Below are positions 34,850 through 40,141 of a stretch of DNA of 40,141 bases, one piece after another. The stretch's first letter is position 1. Each line of letters begins with the position of its first letter. The DNA is from Oscillospiraceae bacterium (GTDB taxonomy: Bacteria > Bacillota > Clostridia > Oscillospirales > Oscillospiraceae): contig JAFZAM010000117.1 of NCBI GenBank assembly GCA_017557265.1, forward strand, positions 1-40,141. The letters run 5' to 3'. The notes beneath the pieces are model-generated. The model worked only from the letters and a program-made list of their open reading frames with translations, was not told the origin of the DNA and searched no databases. Made by a program: the position numbers and the translations under genes.

Positions 34850-34878
34850 ATTATAGCAAAGAATCCTTGCCATAACAA
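34850..34878 (-). promoter_or_regulatory. Sigma-A type promoter candidate for the methyltransferase/corrinoid pair
   Basis: The minus strand reads TTGTTA (34878-34873), a 17-nt spacer, then TATAAT (34855-34850) preceded by TGc. It leaves a leader of about 115 nt. Confidence 0.55.
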
Positions 34879-34929
34879 CACTTTTTATTGAAAAAAGGAT
34901 GAATTTTTTAGCCTTTACCGGCGTGTTTT

Positions 34930-35784
34930 TTACTTGAGCGTCCTCTTGGCGGCCTCGACGACGTGCTTGACGAGGACCAGGTTCGTGACGGCGCCCACGC
35001 CGCCGGGGACCGGCGTGATGTTCTCGACTATGGGCTCGACGGCGTCGAAGTTGACGTCGCCGACGAACTTGCCCTTCTCGTCGTCCCAGTTCATGGCGAC
35101 GTCGATGATGGTCTGGCCGGGAGCGGCGAACTCAGGTCCGACGATGCCCGCCTTGCCGGCTGCGGCGATGATGATGTCGGCCTTGGAGCAGATGCCCGCC
35201 ATGTCGTTGGACTTGGTGTGGACGGTGGTGACGGTCGCGTTCTTGGCGAGCAGCATCTGAGCCACGGGCTTGCCGATGACGAGGCTGCGGCCGATGACGA
35301 CGGCGTTCTTGCCCTTGACGTCAATGCCGAAGTGGTCGATGATCTCGATGCAGGCCTGGGCCGTGCAGGGAGCGAAGCCGAGCTCGGTGTTCGTGAACAC
35401 GCCGGCGAGGGACAGGTCGGTGATACCGTCGATGTCCTTCTCGGGAGCGAGGGCGCGGCGCACGGTCGCGTCGTCCATTCCCTTGGGGAGCGGGCGGAAC
35501 AGAAGAACGCCGTGGACGTTCTTGTCGTTGTTGACCTCGTCGATGACCTTCAGAAGATCATCCTGAGTCGCGGTCTCGGGGAGAAGATACTGCTTGAAGG
35601 CGACGCCGACCTCGGCGCAGCGCTTCGTGGCGCCCTTTTCATAGGAGATGTCGTCGGGACGCTCGCCGATGCGGATGATGCCCAGAGTCGGGGTGACGCC
35701 CTTGGCGCCGAGGGCCTCGACGTCCGCGATCAGCTTTTCCTTCATCGCGGCGACGACTTCCTTGCCCTTAAGTACGTTAGCCAT
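34930..35784 (-). CDS. folD: Bifunctional methylene-THF dehydrogenase / methenyl-THF cyclohydrolase
   Basis: 284 aa (LKGKEVVAAMKEKL...GIIRIGERPDDISYEKG...HGVLLFRPLP...VIGRSLVIGKP...TPVPGGVG). Confidence 0.9.
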   Translation of the reverse strand: MANVLKGKEVVAAMKEKLIADVEALGAKGVTPTLGIIRIGERPDDISYEKGATKRCAEVGVAFKQYLLPETATQDDLLKVIDEVNNDKNVHGVLLFRPLPKGMDDATVRRALAPEKDIDGITDLSLAGVFTNTELGFAPCTAQACIEIIDHFGIDVKGKNAVVIGRSLVIGKPVAQMLLAKNATVTTVHTKSNDMAGICSKADIIIAAAGKAGIVGPEFAAPGQTIIDVAMNWDDEKGKFVGDVNFDAVEPIVENITPVPGGVGAVTNLVLVKHVVEAAKRTLK

Positions 35785-35795
35785 TGTTATCCTCC

Positions 35796-36428
35796 TTACT
35801 TAGTCAGACGGCTGAATACGCCGCCAAATATCTCGTCAGCCATGACGGTGTACTTGGCGATCATGTCGTTGGCCTTCTTGTTGAGGTCCTCGGCATAAGG
35901 CCTGTCGGTCATGGCCTTGGTGTTGATGAAAACGTTGAGGCTCGCGCCGAGCAGCGCCGCCTTGCAGAACGCAACGCCGACGCCGGCGTCGCTGATGGCG
36001 AGGGTGCTGCCCTTGTCGGCGAAGACCTTCTGAAGCTCTATGGCCTCGCAGCACTTGACCATGATGTCCATCGGGACGGAGCAGGCCTCCTTGAGGCACT
36101 TCTCCATGACCTCGGCTTTGTGCGCCTTCTCCTCTTCGGTCTCCTTGGGAAGACCGTAGGCCTTGGAAAGGGGCTCAAAGACGTCGGCGTCTCTCTGGAT
36201 GAGGTCGAGCAGCTCGCGCCATACCTTCTCGGCCTTTTCCATCGTCGCCTTTATCTCGGGCTCGACGTCGGCGTATTTCTTTTTGCCGACGGTCAGGGAG
36301 CCGACCATGTTGCCGAGCGCGGTGCCGAGGGCGCCGCAGAGAGCGGAAGCGCCGCCGCCGCCGGGGACGGAGGCCTTGCTTGCGAGCTCCGTGGTGAATT
36401 CCATGCAGCTTTTATCCGCAAATGCCAT
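35796..36428 (-). CDS. fchA: Cyclodeaminase/cyclohydrolase family protein (FTCD C-terminal domain; methenyl-THF cyclohydrolase-like)
   Basis: 210 aa (FTTELASKASVPGGGGASALCGALGTAL...). AGGAGG lies upstream. Confidence 0.8.
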   Translation of the reverse strand: MAFADKSCMEFTTELASKASVPGGGGASALCGALGTALGNMVGSLTVGKKKYADVEPEIKATMEKAEKVWRELLDLIQRDADVFEPLSKAYGLPKETEEEKAHKAEVMEKCLKEACSVPMDIMVKCCEAIELQKVFADKGSTLAISDAGVGVAFCKAALLGASLNVFINTKAMTDRPYAEDLNKKANDMIAKYTVMADEIFGGVFSRLTK

Positions 36429-36451
36429 TATATTTCCTCCTTACGTTCAAA

Positions 36452-36487
36452 GGCTCGTGCATCAGGCAAATGTCTGACGCACGAGCC
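36452..36487 (-). terminator. Strong intercistronic stem-loop between fhs and fchA (partial terminator or mRNA-stabilising hairpin)
   Basis: A 14-bp stem, ggctcgtgcatcag (36452-36465) with ctgacgcacgagcc (36474-36487), containing one G-U pair. On the minus strand only ttt follows it. Confidence 0.5.
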
Positions 36488-36525
36488 CTCAAAAACAACT
36501 ATTGGTTTATGATGTGAGCTTTGGA

Positions 36526-38283
36526 TTAGAACAGGCCGGAGACCTTGCCCGTCTCGACGTCGACGTCGATGCGGCGATACGCCGGGTCGGAGCTGGTGCC
36601 GGGCATCATGCTGATGGAACCGGCCATCGGGCAGAGGAACTTCGCGCCGCCGTAGACGAGGATGTCGCGGATGGGCAGACGCCAGTTCTTGGGCACGCCC
36701 TTGAGCTCGGGGATGTGGGACAGGGACAGATGGGTCTTGACCATCATCGTGCAGAAGTCGGCGTAGTACGGATCGGACTCGAAGCGCTCGGCCTTCTCGA
36801 TCGCGAGCGGCGACCAGTCGACGCCGTCGGCGCCGTAGACGTGCTTGGCGATGAGCTCGACGCGCTGACGGAGCGGCATCTCCAGCGGATAGAGGAACTT
36901 GAGCTCGACGGGATCGTTGCAGGCGTCGATGACGGCCTGAGCGAGCTCGATGGCGCCTTCGCCGCCGCGGGCCCAGTGATCGGAGAGGGCGCAGCGGACG
37001 CCGCGCTCGGCGCAGAGCCTGCGGATGAGGGCGATCTCGGCGTCGGTGTCGGTATAGAACTTGTTGATGCAGACGACCGGGTTGATGCCGGACATCTTGA
37101 CGGTGTTGACGTGGTGGAAGAGGTTCTCGCAGCCCTTCTCAAGCAGCTCGAGGTTCTCGGTCTTGTACTCCTCGGGGAGGGGCTTGCCGGCAACGACCTC
37201 CGGGCCGCCGCCGTGCATCTTGAGAGCGCGGATGGTCGCGACCAGGACGGAGACGTTCGGGGTGAGGCCGGACAGGCGGGCCTTGACGTTCCAGAACTTC
37301 TCGAAGCCGATATCGGCGGCGAAGCCGGACTCGGTGACGTGGTAGTCGAAGAGCTTGAGGGCGAGACGGTCGCCGATGATGGAGGACTGGCCGATGGCGA
37401 TGTTCGCGAACGGGCCGGCGTGCACGAGGCAGGGCTGATGCTCGACCGTGTAGCAGAGGGTCGGGTTGATGGTGTTGCGCATCCAGGCGCACATGGCGCC
37501 GTCGACCTCGAGGTCGTGGGTGGTGACGGGGTTGCCCTTCTTGTCGTAAGCGACTATGATCTTGCCTATACGCTCGCGGAGGTCCCTAAGGTCTCTAGCG
37601 ACGGCGAGGATGGCCATGAGCTCGGAGCCGACGGCGATGCCGAACTTGGAGTTCATCTCGAAGCCGTCCTTCGGGCCGCCGAGGCCGATGCGGATGTTGC
37701 GGAGGCCCTGCGCGCAGAAGTCGAGGACCCAGCCCATCTCGACTCTCTCGGGGTCGATGTCGAGCCTCTTGAGGCCGCGCTTGGCGAGGAAGGCGTCGCT
37801 GTAGTTCGCCTCATGCTGCATGCGGGCGTTGAGGGCGACCATGGCGAGGTTGTGGGCGTTCATTATATCGTTTATATCGCCGGTGAGTCCGAGGGAGAAC
37901 TCGGTCATGGGCATCAGAAGAGCGTTGCCGCCGCCGGCAGCAGTGCCCTTGACGTTCATGGTCGGGCCGCCGGAGGGCTGACGGAGGCAGCCGCCGACGT
38001 TCTTGCCGAGCTTGCCGAGGCCTTCGATAAGGCCGAGGGAGGTGGTGGACTTGCCTTCGCCGAGCGGAGTCGGGGTGATGGCGGTGACTTCGATGAACTT
38101 GCCGTCGGGCTTGTCCTTGAGGCGGTTCATGATCTTGATGAAGTCGAGCTTCGGGGTCTTGCCGTAGGGGATGATCTCATCGGGAAGAAGGCCCATCTTC
38201 TCACGGAAATACTCGATGGGGGGAAGAGTCTTTTCGGCCTCTTCGGCGATCTGCCAGTCTTTGTAGATGGTGGGATCAAGCAT
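36526..38283 (-). CDS. fhs: Formate--tetrahydrofolate ligase
   Basis: 585 aa with P-loop [18 protein letters not shown] and an FTHFS family-wide match. GGAGG lies upstream. Confidence 0.9.
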   Translation of the reverse strand: MLDPTIYKDWQIAEEAEKTLPPIEYFREKMGLLPDEIIPYGKTPKLDFIKIMNRLKDKPDGKFIEVTAITPTPLGEGKSTTSLGLIEGLGKLGKNVGGCLRQPSGGPTMNVKGTAAGGGNALLMPMTEFSLGLTGDINDIMNAHNLAMVALNARMQHEANYSDAFLAKRGLKRLDIDPERVEMGWVLDFCAQGLRNIRIGLGGPKDGFEMNSKFGIAVGSELMAILAVARDLRDLRERIGKIIVAYDKKGNPVTTHDLEVDGAMCAWMRNTINPTLCYTVEHQPCLVHAGPFANIAIGQSSIIGDRLALKLFDYHVTESGFAADIGFEKFWNVKARLSGLTPNVSVLVATIRALKMHGGGPEVVAGKPLPEEYKTENLELLEKGCENLFHHVNTVKMSGINPVVCINKFYTDTDAEIALIRRLCAERGVRCALSDHWARGGEGAIELAQAVIDACNDPVELKFLYPLEMPLRQRVELIAKHVYGADGVDWSPLAIEKAERFESDPYYADFCTMMVKTHLSLSHIPELKGVPKNWRLPIRDILVYGGAKFLCPMAGSISMMPGTSSDPAYRRIDVDVETGKVSGLF

Positions 38284-38348
38284 AGGTTTGGAACCTCCTG
38301 AAAAAAATATAAAAATACAAAAGGCATGCGCCTGATTTCATAATCAAA

Positions 38349-38378
38349 ATTATAACAAATCAAGAGTTTCATTGTCAA
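38349..38378 (-). promoter_or_regulatory. Consensus sigma-A promoter for fhs
   Basis: The minus strand reads TTGACA (38378-38373), an 18-nt spacer, then TATAAT (38354-38349). It lies about 60 nt upstream of the fhs ATG. Confidence 0.65.
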
Positions 38379-38440
38379 TAAGAGCCGTCCGTAACTTTCA
38401 ACAATTATTCGGGCCTCCGCGCTCGGCGAAAGTGATAAAT

Positions 38441-38469
38441 GCACAATGAGCGTCCGGGCGCCATATAAT
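38441..38469 (+). promoter_or_regulatory. Sigma-E-like (mother-cell) promoter candidate for the cotJ operon
   Basis: GCACAAT (38441-38447), 14 nt, CATATAAT (38462-38469), against the consensus ZHATAXX-14-CATACAHT (6/7 and 7/8 matches). The -10 also contains TATAAT. Confidence 0.45.
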
Positions 38470-38507
38470 GTGTCGATACGACACGCTCCGCGCGACATGT
38501 CGCGCGG
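38470..38507 (+). promoter_or_regulatory. Two adjacent palindromes in the cotJ leader / operator region
   Basis: gtgtcg-ata-cgacac (38470-38484), then a perfect 20-bp palindrome ccgcgcgacatgtcgcgcgg (38488-38507). They sit between the -10 element and the RBS. Confidence 0.6.
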
Positions 38508-38541
38508 CGGCGCGTATCTCAAAAGCATATTGGAGGTCATA

Positions 38542-38988
38542 ATGGATAAAAGCAAAAAAGCGTCCTCCTGCGGCGAAAAATACGGCTCTCTCCCCTCCTG
38601 CGCTCCCCTTTCCGTGCCCTTCGTGCCGGCGCAGACCGGGGCAGAGCCGGTCTACGCGAAAGGCGCCGCGCTCAGCCGCGGGACGCTATTCCCCGGACTC
38701 GATCTGCCGTGGAAAAACGTCGTCAATACCGACGTCGATACCGACACGCCGCTCGGCGAGCTCATGGCGCTCTGTTTCGTAATAAACGAGCTCGGGCTCT
38801 ATCTCGACACGCACGCGGACGACCGCGAGGCGCTCGAGCTCTATACGGGCTACGTAAAGCTCATGCGCGAGGGCATGTGCAGGTATACCGAGCTATACGG
38901 GCCGCTGGAGCAGACGCAGATCACGCAGGCGGGCTACACGTGGCTCGACGACCCGTGGCCGTGGGACGGAGAAAGGACGGCGAGGTAA
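38542..38988 (+). CDS. cotJAB: Fused spore coat-associated protein CotJA-CotJB
   Basis: 148 aa. The N-terminal part has CotJA-type motifs (PFVPAQ...YAKGAALSRGTLFPGLDLPW). The C-terminal part has CotJB-type motifs (LGLYLDTHADDREALELY...YGPLEQ...YTWLDDPWPWD). It is one continuous frame with GGAGG 5 nt upstream. Confidence 0.75.
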   Translation: MDKSKKASSCGEKYGSLPSCAPLSVPFVPAQTGAEPVYAKGAALSRGTLFPGLDLPWKNVVNTDVDTDTPLGELMALCFVINELGLYLDTHADDREALELYTGYVKLMREGMCRYTELYGPLEQTQITQAGYTWLDDPWPWDGERTAR

Positions 38989-39584
38989 TGTTCATATATC
39001 AGAAGAAGCTGCAGTTTCCCGTCAACATCAAGACGACCGACCCGCGGCTCGCGGCGGTCATCATCTCGCAGTACGGCGGGCCGGACGGAGAGCTCGGCGC
39101 GTCGCTTCGCTACCTCAGCCAGCGTTATTCGATGCCCTACCCCGAGCTCAAGGGGCTCCTCACGGACATAGGCACAGAGGAGCTCGGGCACCTCGAGATG
39201 ATAGGCGCGATAGTGCATCAGCTGACGAGAAACCTCACCGAGGAGCAGGTAAAAGAGGCCGGCTTCGACGCGTACTTCGTCGATCACACGGCGGGCGTAT
39301 ACCCGACGGCGGCGTCCGGCTTTCCCTGGAGCGCGGCCGCGATGCAGGTCAAGGGCGACGTCATCGCCGACCTCGCCGAGGACATGGCCGCCGAGCAGAA
39401 GGCGCGCGTCACCTACGACAACATACTGCGTCTCTCCGACGACCCCGACGTCAATCAGGTCATACGCTTCCTGCGCGAGCGCGAGATCGTCCACTTCCAG
39501 CGCTTCGGCGAGGCGATGCGCCTCGCGACGGACCGCATGGATCAGAAAAACGTCTACGCCGTCAATCCCGCCTTCGACCGCTGA
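38988..39584 (+). CDS. cotJC: Spore coat protein CotJC (manganese-catalase / ferritin-like family)
   Basis: 198 aa (QYGGPDGELGASLRYLSQRY...DIGTEELGHLEMIG...DMAAEQKARVTYDNIL...FLREREIVHFQRFGEA). It has a TAATG overlap with the upstream gene. Confidence 0.9.
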   Translation: MFIYQKKLQFPVNIKTTDPRLAAVIISQYGGPDGELGASLRYLSQRYSMPYPELKGLLTDIGTEELGHLEMIGAIVHQLTRNLTEEQVKEAGFDAYFVDHTAGVYPTAASGFPWSAAAMQVKGDVIADLAEDMAAEQKARVTYDNILRLSDDPDVNQVIRFLREREIVHFQRFGEAMRLATDRMDQKNVYAVNPAFDR

Positions 39585-39603
39585 AAGGCGAAAAAAGGCA
39601 AAG

Positions 39604-39633
39604 AAAAGGACGTCCGATCGGACGTCCTTTTTT
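39604..39633 (+). terminator. Rho-independent terminator of the cotJ operon
   Basis: Palindrome ggacgtccgatcggacgtcc followed by tttttt. Confidence 0.8.
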
Positions 39634-39727
39634 GCGGCAGTCGTTTAAAAAACCTACTTCGAACGAAAGGTGACGATGGATCGTCTGTGATCGTCGCTGC
39701 CCTTTCAAGCTGCGATCCAACCTTTCA

Positions 39728-39825
39728 ATTCTTCATTTTTCAGTCTTAAGTCTTCAGTATTCATTTCGAAAATTCTGTCGTCATTGACTGAAAAAATGAA
39801 TACTGAAAACCGAAGAATGAAGAAT
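39728..39825. repeat. AT-rich nested inverted repeat of unknown nature
   Basis: Inner 14-bp perfect inverted repeat: ttcagtattcattt (39753-39766) with aaatgaatactgaa (39794-39807). Outer 10-bp inverted repeat: attcttcatt (39728-39737) with aatgaagaat (39816-39825). The local base composition is much more AT-rich than the surroundings. Confidence 0.6.
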
Positions 39826-39832
39826 ACAAAGC

Positions 39833-39860
39833 AAAAATCCTGCCACTGTCGTGACAGGAT
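39833..39860 (-). terminator. Terminator of the tRNA operon
   Basis: Stem atcctgccac, loop tgtc, stem gtgacaggat (one mismatch). On the minus strand it is followed by tttttgcttt and it lies 9 nt after the tRNA-Gly 3' end. Confidence 0.6.
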
Positions 39861-39868
39861 TTTCGCTT

Positions 39869-39944
39869 TGGAGCGGGCAACGAGATTCGAACTCGCTACC
39901 TCCACCTTGGCAAGGTGGCGCTCTGCCAAATGAGCTATGCCCGC
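39869..39944 (-). tRNA. tRNA-Gly (anticodon GCC), CCA encoded
   Basis: The reverse complement GCGGGCATAGCTCATTTGGCAGAGCGCCACCTTGCCAAGGTGGAGGTAGCGAGTTCGAATCTCGTTGCCCGCTCCA folds as a cloverleaf. Anticodon loop is TTGCCAA, the T-loop is TTCGAAT and the discriminator is U73. Confidence 0.9.
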
Positions 39945-39983
39945 TTATCTATTCAACACCGCCTTACGGCGAAGCGTCTTTAA

Positions 39984-40059
<76 letters not shown>

Positions 40060-40111
40060 GTTTTGTTGAGCGATACGGAAGCCGGTTGGTTATCCGGCCT
40101 CCGTTCGCTTT

Positions 40112-40141
40112 TGGCGACCCAGAACGGGCTCGAACCGTCGA
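40112..40141 (-). tRNA. 3' part of a third tRNA, truncated by the window edge; isotype undetermined (discriminator G73)
   Basis: The reverse complement ...GACGGTTCGAGCCCGTTCTGGGTCGCCA shows a T-arm (GACGG/TTCGAGC/CCGTT), a 7-nt acceptor strand, G73 and CCA. The anticodon lies outside the window. Confidence 0.7.

Noticed and set aside
34733-34929. Possible cobalamin or THF riboswitch upstream of the corrinoid methyltransferase genes
   Set aside because: The leader from the promoter candidate is only about 115 nt. I could not find a B12-box-like element or the multi-stem architecture, so it is kept only as an unclassified leader in the findings.
36502-38301. 599-aa plus-strand ORF opposite fhs. 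The same applies to 3963-5474 and 5697-6311 opposite mutS2, 1081-2121 opposite spoIVB, and 34963-35898 opposite folD.
   Set aside because: These are all antisense shadow ORFs of strongly supported genes.
39705-39929. 74-aa minus-strand ORF (MAERHLAKVEVASSNLVARSK...)
   Set aside because: Its N-terminal half is the translation of tRNA-Gly itself. The remainder crosses the tRNA terminator and the AT-rich repeat. There is no RBS.

Overview
The window is a GC-rich segment with strong third-codon-position G/C bias. It looks like the core chromosome of a spore-forming Clostridia-type Firmicute, because it carries spoIVB, yqfC/yqfD, ylbJ and cotJ. I can support about 45 CDS, two complete tRNAs plus one truncated tRNA, nine hairpin terminators, one further intercistronic stem-loop and several promoter candidates.

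Layout:
- 1-969: 5'-truncated macro-domain/HTH fusion gene.
- 1012-3556: spoIVB, divergent from an M14/LysM peptidoglycan peptidase.
- 3604-10931: a tightly packed minus-strand operon, yqfC-yqfD-phoH-ybeY-era-recO-mutS2, followed by ptsH.
- 11014-12446: ylbJ and a small Cys4 protein.
- 12560-20365: a roughly 7.8 kb plus-strand unit with no internal terminator. It holds two CNNM/CorC paralogs, an orphan P-loop NTPase, korDABC-type 2-oxoacid:ferredoxin oxidoreductase, an XRE-cupin regulator and an acyl-CoA ligase.
- 20454-22713: a CofE-like ligase homolog and a DUF4349-like lipoprotein.
- 22796-26581: fba-proS, divergent from a PPi-type phosphofructokinase.
- 26629-33130: a radical-SAM gene, uvrC, rsmD, coaD, a coiled-coil protein and secDF.
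- 33214-38283: a C1/folate cluster, fhs-fchA-folD plus a methyl-THF:corrinoid methyltransferase and a corrinoid protein.
- 38542-39584: a cotJ operon with fused CotJA-CotJB.
- 39869-40141: the tail of a tRNA operon.

I see no CRISPR array, transposase, integrase, phage genes or recognisable defence island. I cannot point to one clear-cut novel system. The candidates most worth a second look are the orphan NTPase coupled to the kor/acyl-CoA-ligase operon, the incomplete corrinoid methyltransferase module behind the THF genes, the CofE-like protein, the CotJA-CotJB fusion with its palindromic leader, and an AT-rich nested inverted repeat next to the tRNA terminator. The many 500-860 aa ORFs antisense to real genes are shadow ORFs typical of GC3-rich DNA.
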